Positions 50,293 through 63,970 are shown, counted from the stretch's first letter. The stretch: 64,000 nt of DNA from Bilabrum cf. latius (GCA_965178125.1 OZ237769.1:62001-126000); one strand, 5' to 3'. Numbers and translations are program-made. The notes: generated by a model from the letters alone, not told the origin.

Positions 50293-53200
50293 ATGCAACA
50301 TATGGCAGTATTACTATTTCCATGCAATGCTGAGTCGTGCTGCCTACGTTGTAGCATCTGCGTGGTATCGTGTCATGCCGCTGTGTGCACGCCGCCCCTA
50401 TTCAGGCACTTGCAGGAGGTTACGTGGTTCGAGAAAGGTCTGAGGTTAAGTGATGGATGTATATGTTGTAAATCGGGCATGGTCGACTGCAGTGCAACTA
50501 GCTGCTCGCGGAAGTCTGCTGTGTGCTCGCCGTGGCAGATAACGTGCTTCAGTATTATCTCGAGCATGATTGGAGTAGCAGCGTTTGTCGCTACTGCCCG
50601 GTTTGTTGTGCGTACAGACCCTATTGACAAAGATCTCCTGTATGAGCCTGTTGGTGGTGATATTAGCCTGACATTCGCCGATGTGTCAACGCCACTGTTC
50701 TGGTCCCTGCGGAGCGAGAGACTTTACGACACATTACACTCGTCCTTGCGATCTAGTGGAGTGTCCAATATCGTTGTTGCAGTCGAGATTACGGCGGCTG
50801 TCCTGTCTAGCGTGGCATTGCTCGTGCTCCTTCCAATGGTGTCTGATACATCGATGCTTTCGGTTAGGGTGGCTGCTGTATGGATCGCCGCTGTGATCGC
50901 GGTGTTCTTCGTGCATTTTATTAGCATATTCAACCAGGACTTTGTCACGGGGATGCCGCTCTTTCCTACAGGCCAGCTGTACAGCCCGCCTGGCAGCAGG
51001 CCATGGAGCGCGGCGGAAGACGTCGCATCGGTCCCCATTGGAGATATGATTGGGAGGGTATTTTTCATCATTGTGGCAGCCATGATCATTTGGGCTCTCA
51101 GCGGAGTCACGCGCAGTCGCTGGTTTCACCTGCAGACGGGCTTCGGCTGCTTCATGCTGCTGGCTCTGCACGCGCTCGCCTTTTAGTCACTGCACTTTCT
51201 GCTCGTTCTATCTCGCCAGACAGGGTTGGAAGGGATCCTTGCAGCACGGTCTCTTCCATCATACACGTGCGCACCAAAGGCAGCGGGGGCCCTGTTCAGG
51301 GCGCCCGAGCAAGGGCACGGGCTTGGAGGCTACGACGCGGAGGCAGACGGATGGGTTACGCTGCCCGCACTTGCCATGGGCCCCGCTGTGGGACTGGCAT
51401 CAGCGATCGCGGCTATGTAGGGATCGCTTGCAGGAAATAGTACAGCAAGCCCAGAAAACCCGAGTCAGGTCCTTTCGGAAGGCCATGGGGCAGGGGCAGG
51501 GGCAGCAGGGGCAGGGGCAGGGGCAGCAGGGGCAGGGGCAGGGGCAGCAGGGGCAGAACAGATTCCCACGTGGATGACGAACTCGTCACAGTTCAATGCA
51601 TCTGTAGTCCTTGAAGGGGTGCGCCTGCCCGGTGAGCAAGAGCTGACCGAGGCCCGCGAGTTCTGGAGCAGTTCTCTGCCTGGGCTGCAAGTGGGTCCAG
51701 AGGTGCCGTTCGTGAGCGTGCAGGTGATCGAGGACACGACAGCATCGAAAGAGGCCATAGAGTCGGTGCAGTTAGGCCAAATCGTTCTGCGAATTATATT
51801 CAACTTGAGTTTCATGGGTTTGCTGCTGTTCCTCGCCGCTCCCCGGCCCAGGCCCAGGGGCACGAGGGCCTCCACTGGCTGGTGGCTGCAGGACTGGTGG
51901 ATCGACACCTGCGGGAGGTGCGTGCTGTGCGACAGGCGGGGGCTGGTGGAGAAGGGCGGGGCAAGCGGTGGAGACGAAGCAGAAGAGGGGCAAGTCGGGG
52001 ATGGCATGACCGATGGTGGCAATGCAGGGGCCGGTGCATCGGGGCTGGGGATGAAAGGCGGAGGCGATGGCGGCGATCGAGACGAACGCCGCAGTTCCAG
52101 CACACGTACGGATGGTGCATTGCGTAGCAGTGCCTTAACGGCCTGTTGTGATTCATTAATATGCGCCTGGTGCGATGCCTCTCGCATTCCCGGTGGCGTC
52201 AACCGCCTGGATCCACCGTGCGTGGTGTGCACCAGTTGTGGTGACGGGATCGCCGATGGGATTGGCGATGCGTTCTGCGACGGAAGCTGGGACTGCACCG
52301 CAGATGAGGTGGATGATGAAAGCCTCAGACTGGCCAGAGGGGCTGACGGGGACAGTGTGACTGAGACTGGAGGTATGCTGGCTCCACAGCAAGCTGGCCA
52401 TCCCAGGCAAAGCATAGCGCTAGAGCGTCTGCCTGGTTCTAGTGCCAGCGCAGAGTCGAATGCGAATGCGGCCTCTCTGCTTGGGGACGACTAGGGCGGA
52501 TCCATGATCCTACTCGGGGGCCACACCCGCGAGAAACACAGATATCGTAAGCCCAGATCCAGTCGCGTGGTACCGGTCGACCCGTCTGCGTAGCAGGGCG
52601 GCTCGATGACTTTTTCGAACAAGAGGCCTCTCCCACCTAGGGCTCCCCGCCGCAGCTCCAGCCGCAGCATCCTGAAGAACAGCAAAGGTAGGGGTATGGG
52701 TGCCCGCACAGAAAGCTGGAGACGAGCCAGAGGGATCAACAATGGATCGAGAGTGAACAACAATGCCAACGCGGGGCAGGGAGCGACGAAGCTGTTCGCT
52801 GACCTTGACTCTATGGCAGACGGGCAGGTATCGTCCCCTAGAATGACCTGGCAGAACTCAGAGGGCTGTGAGGCGTGCCTTGACTGCTGCTGTTGCTGTT
52901 GTTGGCGCTGCCTCGCGTTTGAGAATGGTGGACTCAGATGCCCGTGCAGCCTGTGCAGCACCTCCACAAGACGCACTACGTCAAGACGCAACTCCCTGCG
53001 AGGCGGCTTGCTGCAGCGAGATTCTATGGCCCAGTAGGTGTAGGCGATGGCTAAAAAGAACAGGAAGGTATGGAAATCAGTTGCTCTGCGCTGCGACCGG
53101 CTAATGCAGCACCAGGAACGGCTGGCAACGGCAGGTGCACGTCGACTGCCTGTCGTAGCTGCAGTTCCTTCCGCTGTGAGGACAGAGGGCGCATTCTCGG

Positions 53201-56200
53201 GCCAAGCACACGTGTCAGGTGGGGATGGTAGGACACCTGTTCGGCTCAATATGGACAACGCTGTTCCTACGCCTGGTGCTGCTGCCATGGCTGGGATTGC
53301 AAGCAACAGTCGTGTCAAAGAGGTCGTGTACAAGCCTGCCGGTGCTGTAAATCTAGATTCAGCGAGCGAAATTGTCGCGCGCCCAGCTACCTCTGGTAGC
53401 CCCAACACAACTGGTAGCGCTGAAGCTATGAAATAGGGCGGGGGTTCGCCGGGAAATGACGCGCGGCAAATGTCGCCCACTACAGGTCTTGCAGGCGCGG
53501 AAGAGCCGGAGAATGATCGGGCCCTGGTAGTCGAGAACGATGCGGGGTATGGTTACCAGCTGGTGGCAGGGGGCGAGGACGATGGGGAGGGCGGGGAGGA
53601 CTCTCGAGCCTTCACCTATGCCAGCCTGCTCCTGTCCCAGCAGAGGCTGCTGATCTGGCTAAAATTATTGTTGCTTGGATTGGTGCTGGTGGAGGTGTTC
53701 AGCATCGATATCTCAGCCTATTAGGTGGTGTGCGGACCGAAGCAGCTGGGCGTCACACTTGCAGCCGCAGCTGCAGGGGCAGTGGTCCGCCGCAACCCCT
53801 CTGTGTTCCCCAGGAGCAGGGCTCGGTTCGAGAGGTCGCTGGAGCTGCTGGACCTGGACACGGACATGCAGGACCTGGGACATGACGCGGTGGCGATGGT
53901 GGCAGGGCAGGAATGCCACGTGGTACAGGAGTTTCATGCCAGCGATGGCCGTCAATCCGATCCAGAGCACAATTACGACGATGATCATGGTCCTATTGAC
54001 AGCCACAGCTCATGGCAAGACCACAACCACGAGCACGCGCACGCGCCAGACAGTCTGCGGCTCCTTGCACCCACGTTTACCAATGGGGGGCACAGCCCTT
54101 TCTTGCGGCATACGGACTGCGCAGCTGTGGAGCAGGACCACATTGAGCACGCTGCTGAAGAAGAGCCCGAACTGGTCGCATCTGCCAGTGCCCTGGGGCT
54201 AACCGCAGTTGCACTACCGCCGTCCCCACTCCTCGCACAGGCGGTGGCAATGCGCGTGACCTGGTCGATGGCGCCGGACTAGTCGAGCCAATTCACGGTC
54301 TATGACCCGTACTCGTCTGACGATCGGATCATGTCCTATGCCACGAGCAGAGCTCTATCTCCAATAATAGTCGTGATTATGGCTGTCTTACTGGCAAGGC
54401 ACGTGGCCCGGGTGGTCGAGGTGCGGCAGTCGACGGCGGGGGCTGAGGGCAAGCGGAGGGCGCTGGGTGCCATGCTGCGGCTGATGCTGCACGACACGCT
54501 GTCTCCGCTCAACGCGCTGACTCTCTCGCTGGAGGACGTGGAGGACGAGCTGCTGGCCTACCGCAAGTTCGAGGTGGACCTGTTCAAGACTAAGGGAGAG
54601 CTCAAGAAGAGAAAGGATAAGCTCCGCGATCTGCTGGCCAAGGCAGCCAGGAGGACAGCCAGGAACCAGTCCGCCTTGAGGTCTTACCCCACGCCGCGAC
54701 CCTAGCAGAATAGCGATGTCCCAGATCTGACCGAAGAGCAGTCAAGAGAGTCTGATGCTGCTGGCAGCAACAACCAAGACATACCTGCTGACGGAGTACC
54801 GCCCATGTCCAGGCAGGTATCCGTGGCGAGCACTAGCAGCAACAGTGGTGGCGGTAGACTCACATCTCACGGAGGCCCTGCCTACATCTCAGCCGAGTAG
54901 TCTAAGCAAAATAACCATGTGCAGGTGGCAAGTGGGCCACAAGACGGCAGCGTATCAGACCGTCCAGGCAGAAATTAGGCGGTCAGTGAAGGCAAGAGCT
55001 CCTATGACACAAGACAAGGCCGCAGCAGCGGCAGAGACACCACGAGATCCAGTGCCCCGTCGGAGCTTGCCCATCCATCGGATACAACGGATTCCACCGC
55101 GTATCAGCACGGATCTAGCTCAAGTAGCAGGATGCAGGTGGCCTCAGCTCGTCCAGATGAGGGCAGCCTCGGCTCTTTGCAAGGAGAGGTTGTGGCGGAG
55201 AGCAGCATGCAAGCGGTGCCGCAGCCAAGTATAGCAGCTGTCCTCGGAACGAAGATTGGTCGCCGCAGGAGCACGAGCGAGGTGACGACCACGACCACTA
55301 GCTCAATCAAGCCAGGGGCAGGGACAGGGACCAGGCCCCCAAGCAACAAGAGCACTAGTAGGAGCCGTTCGAGATCTCCAAGCAGGTCTAGTAGACGCAA
55401 GACAGTCAACCTACGACAGGCTGCCCAATCCGCCGACCCTGCCCTGTGCCAGGAGGCAGTTGCCATCCTGGTGAAGAGCAGCGGGCTGTCTCCACTGCCG
55501 CCCAGAGAAGTGCGGGCCGGTCTGCGGCAGCTGCGCAAGGACACGGCTCCCAGCATGTCGGCCAGCGCGGACAGCATCTAGACCGTGCTGCGGGACATGG
55601 TATCGCTCGAGGCCGCGCAGTCGGGTCGGCTGAAGATGGAGTTCAAGCCGGTCGAGCTGTCCACGCAGCTGCGGCGGGCCGTGAGTCGGGCGTTCCGGGC
55701 GTTCGCGATGGTGCGCGACGTGTCGATCAGCGAGTGGGGGGATGGGCTGGCGGACTCGCGGAGTGATCGGTCCCGTGAGCTTCAGTCGCTGAAGGGAGTG
55801 CTGCTGAATCCGTCGTTGGCCGCGTTCCTGTTCCAGGCGGTGGCGGGTGCTCTGAACCAGCCGTCCAGCCTGCATGGGATCGAGCTTGGCGGTATCGATG
55901 AGGGCGGGGACGACTCGATGCTGGAGAGCGAGGACGATGGAGAGGGCGAACGTGCCGTGCAATCGAGAGGCGGTGATGGTGAGGCTGACAGCGACAGCGA
56001 CGGGTCTGAGCTGGCAGTGGAGAGCGGTCACTTTGAAAGCAGCCGCAAGTCGAGGGGTGTCGGTGTCAAGGCCGGATCGGCAGGAAGTCCCGCAGAGGAG
56101 GGTGAGCCTCAGAACCTGACAGATAACTCTAGCGTGGTTCCCCGTAGCAACGGCGACGGCAAGCGCTCTTATGATGCCCGTAGTGTGATGCGAGCTGGTG

Positions 56201-59200
56201 TGGGCACCACGCCCGTCGAGGCAGTCGCTGGCGCGTCGACATCTGAATCCGGCGATTATTTTAACTACCCCCGTGGCACCAGCACTGACGTGTTTAGCTC
56301 GACAGCAGAAGCGGGTATCAGCGAGGCTGTGCCAGGGATCGCGGGGAGGAACAGGACCACCAGTGCCGTTGGGGGGTTCCCAGTGCAAGGACGTGGCCAG
56401 GCGCAAAGACAGGTCGTGGGTGGAGCCGGCAGGTCTGCCACATTTCGAACGCAGGTGCGGCATGCCATTCGAGGAACGAGGGGACTGGAGGTGGTACTAT
56501 TCAAGGCTCTGAAGCGGATCGACGAGATCAACCTGCCGCAGGAGGTGTGCGACTTCCCTCGGCTGCAGCAGTGCCAGGCCAACTTCGCCTCCAACGGGGT
56601 CAAGTTCACGGCCGCAAGGCTTTAGGCAGACGCAGCCAAGAGTCCAAGTCCTAAGTCCACCGGCAGCAGACGCTCTCTCAGCAACCCGCCAGGAGGCTCA
56701 AACATTGGATCTGGACCCAGCTCCCGTCAGATCATAGGGTCTGGGTCCCGATCCACAGGTAGCCCAGGCTCCCAGCAGCGGTAGATGAGCGGGGGGATGA
56801 GGACAGCTCATTCTGGCTCCATGGCCGAGGCTGGGGCAGGTTCGGTTGGCCCTACCTCCTTGGAGCCCATCAAGAATGAGAGCACGTCACTTGCTGCAGC
56901 TAGCAGCTCCCGCGCCTCGATGGAGCTATTGGTGGGGGCGAACAGTCGATCGTCTGGCAGTCACCTTCCTCAGACGCGGTCCAAGCTGGGTCGAGGGACG
57001 TCATATGACCAGCACCAGCTGCCAGGTCCCAGCATAGTTGGTTGTACGCCATCTGTAGTCGGCTTACTATCTGCAGGACAGTCGGGCAAGGTGCCTCGGC
57101 AGAGGAGCGAGAGGCTGCCAGCGAGTCGCCTCCAGGGTGTGGGGGGTGGATCGCAGGCCGGCGCTGTTGGAAGGCAGCAAAACCGGATGCCTGCTAGCAA
57201 ATCGCTGGAGCCTGGGTCTAGCGGACAGTCAACTGCAGGACACGATGGTGCAGCGCACGGCAATGCGTCCAGCGCTGTGGCTGTGTGGACGAGAGGGCGC
57301 CCCAGTGACCCACCATCCGTTGCCTCAATAGGCAGCAAGGGCAGCGATGCCATCTTCGTGGAGGCTACTAGTGCAGCGCCTGCTAGAGATGTTGAGGTCG
57401 AGAGCGAGCAGTCTCTCTCCGCCGTTGCAGCTGGAAGCACGGGGTCCAGGCCTCGAGTACCCATTGGCCAGCATCCGGCTGCTAGACGAAGGAAGGTCAG
57501 CAAAGACACCGAAGGCTCGACCACTGGTGATGCCTCACCTGCTGCGCCCAGAAGCAGCAATGCCTCTTTGTCCAGCGCTGCAAGTGGCGGTGATAGTGTG
57601 GGGGCTAATCGGCTGGGAACCACAGCGCCACCTCCTCGCCCCGCTGCAGCTGCATCCCGACAGCAGCTGCCCCCTGGACTAGTGGCGAGTGGCAGCTCGA
57701 AGGGAGAGGCCGGCATCGTTGTTGTTGCGGCTGAGCAGGTGGCTGACAGCCATGGCAGCGATTCCTATCGTGAAATCATGGACTAGTCCCCTGTCGATGG
57801 ACAGGGCGCGCCTATACACTCGCTGCCAAAAGTGCGAGACGCGTCATCATCCTCGTCCACTGGCGGGGGATCCAAACCGTGGCTCAGCTCGGCAGAGGAG
57901 TCCAAAGTCGGCGACAATTCGATGTCGTTGCAAATTGAGCCCAGGTTTGTAGGTGCCGGGTCTAAGTAGCGCACTGCATTGCAGGGTCGCCTCGACTCGA
58001 TGGACGCAAGTGTGGGTGGCATGTCGTTCGGGCATAGGCAGTCCATCGACAGCTCTACCCTTGGTACTGAGTTCACTCCGTCAGGTTTAGTCACAGGCAA
58101 CCAGCGAATGTTCCCGGAACTAAATTCAACCTCGAATCGAAGACAAGGTAGTGGTGGAGGGCCGGGCACCCGCAAGAGCGCCACCTCAGTGGCAACCTCT
58201 GTCGAGAGCGATGCAGGCCCCCTCTCCGATAAAGCGTCAAAGCTACTTGTCTCAACGGCAAAGTAGGGAAAGTCTCGGCGCGGATTCAAGCTTGGGCCAG
58301 CTGCGTATGACAACTCTGGTGTGTCCTCTCGCAGCAGCAGACCCACGTACAGCCAGCACACGGGCTCCTTCGAGATGCTCCACCAAGCAAGTCTGGCTGC
58401 ATCAAGCAGTCGGCAAGGCGCGCCCCCCAGAAACCGGATGCAAGTGCCCCCAGCCAAAAGCTTGCAACCAGCATCCGTGTCCCGCTCTCTGGTTTCCAAG
58501 GGAGACATGGGCGATGCCTTGGTTGTGGTGGGCACCAGCGAGCTGCCTCCCCCTCTGTGGGACCACGTGGCCATGCACAAGCAGGGCATACTGGGGTCGA
58601 GCAGGAGGCAAGGGCTGCATGCCATGTTTGAGCAACTAAGACAGGTGCTGCGCGTGCAGATGCGGCGGCAGCTGGGGGGTCATGCGACGGATGGTGGCGT
58701 ACTGCAGGAGCTGTATGGCACGATCGAGCCCGACCCTCTGCTGCAGCAAGGCTGGTACGCAGTGCCGAGGGGGGATGAAGATGGCACTGGGGGCCGGTCT
58801 CGGACCACGACAAGCACTGGTGGATTGTAGGCACTGAGCGGTATTGTTACAGAAGTGGTGACCTTGCCCAATGACCAGATGGCGAACACAAATGGCGAGC
58901 ACTTTGGGCGGCTTGGGTTCGGTTAGCCCAGCTCCGCTGCTCATGTTGGTGCTCTCACGGGAGGATCAGGGGGATCCACGGGCTCGGAAGGAGAAACTAG
59001 CGCAGGCGAGGCGTCTGCAGCGCATCGCAACTCTCGGTAGGGCAAGAGGAGGAGCCAAAGCCTCAGGCCAAGGGCAGGGCATCAAAGCAGGCCGGGCTTG
59101 CTTGCCACGGGCAATGAGGACCCTGAGCTAGAACCCAGCGTCAGCCTGCCCTTACGTGCCATGCAGCAGCGCGGGCTGATTGTAGCCCACAGCAAGCCTC

Positions 59201-62200
59201 GGATGAGGGAGCTGCAGTGCAAGTTGGGGGAGGCCCTCCGGTCCAAGCTGCAGCCGTTGGTACTGAGTGCCTCAAAGGGCAGCAAGGGTCAGGTGGCGGT
59301 GCTGCTGGGCAGCTGGCTGGCACAGCAAGCGGGAAGGGCAGCTGCAGCTGTGCTAAGGAAGATGCACAAACGCGTCCTCGAGACCTAGAGAGACCTGTTG
59401 TCCATGCGGGCGCAAGGAAGGCGACAAGGTCATGCCAGATCCAGCTCTGGCTTAGAGGATTCTTTACACGCATCTGTTGCAACTGGTGGGACAGACGCAA
59501 GCCTTGCTCGGCTCGGGCGACTAGCAAGCAGCGGAACAGCCACTGGTGTTGGCGCTGCCATCGGGGACCAGGTCATGGGAGTGCAGTCATAGGCAGGTAT
59601 CTCCAACCCATAGGCTGGGCAATCGGGCTCTCTTCGAGTGAGCACTGAAGTAGGCAGCAGCAGCAGCGGCGGGGCAGGGCACGCACGACGGGAACTCGAC
59701 TCATCGTATCGACCCCCTTCTGTGCTGATGGAAAGCAGCTCGGACCAACGGGACGGGGCCCAGGGTACGTCGTCCAAAAAGTACACCACCATTGGCTCAG
59801 AGTAGGGTACCATGGGTTCCTTCATCCTGCCCTCGAGAGGTGCAACTGCCGACGCACCGGAGGGCACCACAGCAACACAAGGACCGGGTGTCACACACCG
59901 TAGTGCAGTGCAACAGGTAGGTCCAGTTGCAGGCAATGCTTAGGGAATTGATTCTGCTTCCAGTGAGAACAGCTCGGACGTGGATGATCGAGCATCCAGG
60001 ATGATCCCCACACCGTACGGTGGTGGCCCGGCGCATGGAGCACGCCTATCCGGGTCGGTCAAGTCAGGAAACAAGACGGGAAGGACACGGTTCACCAGTG
60101 CCGCTTTAAAGAAATCGTTAAATTCCAATCTGGAGGCTGTTTCCGGTCGTGATGGTGAGAGCACAGGCACAAGGTAGAGCCAAGGACGGCACGCAGGCGG
60201 CAGCCGGAGACGCGGTGCACCGACGAAAGATCAAAACACGGATCGAATGGTGAAACTCGTCGAGTAGATGGCCAAGCTGGCGGCCGAGGCCCGCAAGTTC
60301 CGCATGGTCAGTTTCTGGGTCTGGGACCGGGGCGTGGGTGTGCAGGCCTCGGCGAGGCACAAGCTGTTCAAGCCCTTCTCGCAGATCGACGCGAATCTGC
60401 AACAGGGAGGCAAGGGCAGTGGGCTGGGACTGGCCATCACGGAGAGCATCGTGAAGCTGCACGGGGGCGTGTGCGGCTTCTTGTCGGCGCCTGGTCACGG
60501 CAGCATATTCTGGGCGTGGGTGCGATGCCAGTCGGCAGCTGCCCCTCCCAGCGGTCTGGAGGAGTCAGCGGCAGAGGCAAGCCCGAACCAAAGCAAGACT
60601 GCTCGCGATATCAGATCCATGGCTTCCTCCGGCCCTGGTACCAGCGTTGAGCTGCTAGGATCCTCCCAAGCTACAAGGCCTAGCGGTGGTAAATCCAGCG
60701 GTGGCACAAGCGGAACGGAGACCAGGACAACCAGGACCCACGAATCTTCTGCTGCAGGCGATGCCAACGCTAGCGTGGTGCGATCGATGCAGCAAGACCT
60801 GGACCAGCGTAGTAGCAGCAACACCAGTGCGCTCGGTGCAAATGGCTCAATGCTCGACAGGCTCAGTGGAGGTCCGGCCAAGAGTGTGTTCCTCGCGCCT
60901 AGGGTGGCCCAGCAGAGGTCCATGGCCGTGTCTGCGGTAGGACCCGGCCCTCCAGCCCCTCTGGCATTGCCGGCACCTTTAGAGCCAGACGGTAGAATTA
61001 TCGAAAGTGAACCGGTAAATGGAATACTGAAGGGGGGAGCTGCCTCTATCCGCCGCGCTCTGCAGCAGATCGGCCCTGGTGGCTCCAGCTGGATGAAAGC
61101 ACTCGTGCAGCGAGCACTGCAGTACAATCAGACGGACCAGCCGTCCAGCCGCGATGCAGTCCGCGGTGTGACCGACCTAGATGCTGGTACCAGTGAGTCC
61201 CTGCAGATGGGGCAAGACGGCGTTGTGATGAAGCAAACCAGCACCAAGCGACACAAAGGGCAGTCCGGCAGGGGCAGCAGCGGGCATCAGGATCTGACTG
61301 CATCCCGGGAGGGGCGGTCCGTGCGGGAGGAGCCCTCGCACGTGCTGCGAGCGGCGGCTGTACCGTCCCGCATACTTCCGGGGCAAATTGTCGCTCCGCG
61401 TGGGGGTGCGGGCATTGTGCCTCGAGGCGTGTCGGGATACGGGTAGCCACCTGCTGGCCTCCCCATGCGCGTGCTGTGCGTGGACGACGAGCGGTCGAAC
61501 CGTAGATACATCTCCTCGGCGGTGTGCAAGCTGGGTGTGCCAGTGGTGCTGGAGGCCACGGATGGGCTGGATGCACTTCGGGTGCTGGGCGTGCCTGCCA
61601 GTCTGTTGCGGGCCGTGGCTAGCAGTGGGGGTATGCCAAGGCACCGGCAGATGCGCCGTGTGCTTGAGCGGGAGATGCGCGTGGGGATCTATGCGCGGGG
61701 AAGGCACTGGCAAGCGGGAGGGTGGGTGGAAGTGAAGGGCTCTACCACAACGTCTTCTCATGCGGGGGGCAAGCGGTCGGCTGCTGCTCTGCTTGCCGGG
61801 GACAGCCACGAGTCTATCGTTGGCAAAGAAGGGCAGTCCCATGACCGTCGTTGGCGGCGTGCGGGGTCGGACGGCACGGACAGCGAAGGTCCCGGTGCGC
61901 CGCTGACGCCGGCACTGCAGGGCATCGACGAGGAGACCAACACCCCCACGGAGACCGGCGGATTTGGGCAAGGTGCGACTGCTGGGCTATCGGACGACTC
62001 GGTCGGGGAGCTTGCGGAGAGGAGGCAGAGGGCACTGGGGCCTGGTGACGTTGTGCTGATGGACTTTAGCATGCCTCGGATGGGGGGTGACAGGTGCACG
62101 AGGTGCATCAGGATGGATCCGATGCTGGACGGTGTGCGCGTGATCGGAGTGACTGGGAACGTGCTGATCGAGGACCAGAACAAGCTGCGGAGGGCGGGGG

Positions 62201-62397
62201 CAGAGAAGGTGCTGCCCAAGCCGGTGCGGCGCGCGATCCTTCGGGAGGCCCTGAAGCCGCCCGAGGTTGAGAAGCGCAGCACAAACGAGCGATCAAGTTT
62301 ATCTGACCAGGCAGACGCCTCACCGAGTAGTCGGTTGGCGTACTCCGGACAGAAGGCTGGAGGAGGCGTGGGGTAGCTTGGACAGCCATTGTCATGA
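50293..62397 (+). CDS. Giant membrane-bound hybrid histidine kinase (TM region, HisKA, HATPase, receiver), up to about 4034 aa
   Basis: One frame over 12.1 kb with about 30 TAGs and no TAA or TGA until 62395-62397. H box LRLMLHDTLSPLNAL (~54480), LRDMVSLEAAQSGRL, N box DFPRLQQCQANFASNGVKFT (~56551), G1/F/G2 VWDRGVG..LFKPFSQ..GSGLGLAI (~60320), receiver VLCVDD..DVVLMDFSMPRMGG..IGVTG..LPKP. True start uncertain (alternative ATG 50479, or an upstream exon). Confidence 0.85.
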
Positions 62398-63970
62398 CTC
62401 ATGACTCATGTAAATTGTGGCATGCGCTAGGATCTGTGATCAAACAATCTCGTAGGCTGGTAGTTTATACGAGAGCGTTCAGTAACAAATATCCATAAAT
62501 GTTGACCCACCAGTACAGTTGCCCGTCAATCCAAAAAATAAAAATTAGGATCAGGAATCCATGATTCAGGATGGTGCTAAGAACAAAGGCAAAAAGAAGC
62601 ACAATTCAAAGTTGAACATCCGTGGACGTTGCAGATCCACGCCAGGATCAGCTTCCGACACGGTACCCAATGAGCTGCCTCTTGTCGGGCGAGCGTTCCT
62701 GATCGGCATCGGAAGAGCTGGCATGGCTGGCGCTTGATTCCTCCCTTTCTCCCAACTCTGGCGGCTTCAGGGCCTCCCGAAGGATCGCGCGCCGCACCGG
62801 CTTGGGCAGCACCTTCTCTGCCCCCGCCCTCCGCAGCTTGTTCTGGTCCTCGATCAGCACGTTCCCAGTCACTCCGATCACGCGCACGCCGTCCAGCATC
62901 GGATCCATCCTGATGCATCTCGTGCACCTGTCACCCCCCATCCGAGGCATGCTAAAGTCCATCAGCACAACGTCACCAGGCCCCAGTGCCCTCTGCCTCC
63001 TCTCCGCTAGCTCCCCGACCGAGTCGTCCGATGGACCAGCAGTCACACCTTGCCCGAGTCCGCCCGCCTCCGTGGGAGTGTTGGTCTCCTCGTCGATGCC
63101 CTGCAGTGCCGGCGTCAGCGGCGCACCGGGACCTTCGCTGTCCGTGCCGTCCGACCCCGCACGCCGCCAACGACGATCATGGGACTGCCCTTCTTTGCCC
63201 ACGAAAGACTCGTGGCTGTCCCCGGCAAGCAGAGCAGCAGCCGACCGCTTGCCCCCCGCATGAGAAGACGTTGTGGTAGAGCCCTTCACTTCCACCCAAC
63301 CTCCCGCTTGCCAGTACCTTCCCCGCGCATAGATCCCCACGCGCATCTCCCGCTCAAGCACACGGCGCATCTGCCGGTGCCTTGGCATACCCCCACTGCT
63401 AGCCACGGCCCGCAACAGACTGGCAGGCACGCCCAGCACCCGCAGTGCATCCAGCCCATCCGTGGCCTCCAGCACCACTGGCACACCCAGCTTGCGCACC
63501 GCCGAGGAGATGTATCTACGGTTCGACCGCTCGTCGTCCACGCACAGCACGCGCATGGGGAGGCCAGCAGGTGGCTACCCGTATCCCGACACGCCTCGAG
63601 GCACAATGCCCGCACCCCCACGCGGAGTGGCAATTTGCCCCGGTAGTATGTGGGACGGTACAGCCGCTCGCAGCACGTGCGAGGGCTCCTCCCGCATGGA
63701 CCGCCCCTCCCGTGATGCAGTCAGATCCTGATGCCCGCTGCTGCCCCTGCTGGACTGCCCTTCGTGTCCAGCAGTACTCCCTACCTGCCCGACCACGCCG
63801 TCTTGCCCCATCTGGATGGGAGTACCAGGATCAGAGCGGGGGTCACTTATTGCTGTAGCGTCAGTGGGCAGCATGTGGGTCGCGTTGAGCTGCGTCGCTC
63901 GCTGCATGAGTGCTTTCATCCAGCTGGAGCCACCAGGGCCGATCTGCTGCAGTGCGCGGCGGATGGAGGC
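61042..63970. repeat. Inverted duplication with arms at about 61042-62262 and 62760-63970
   Basis: Reverse-complement near-identity over about 1.05 kb (61204-62262 vs 62760-63814), plus a further similar block of about 70 bp; spacer about 500 bp. Confidence 0.92.

Noticed and set aside
60268-63556. Bacterial two-component operon or contamination (separate kinase and response regulators)
   Set aside because: The segments are in frame within one gene linked by TAG, and they share composition and code with the intron-containing neighbours.
832-63577. A cluster of pseudogenes with premature stops
   Set aside because: Interruptions are almost exclusively TAG, with no frameshifts and intact catalytic motifs in housekeeping genes; random decay would also give TGA, TAA and indels.
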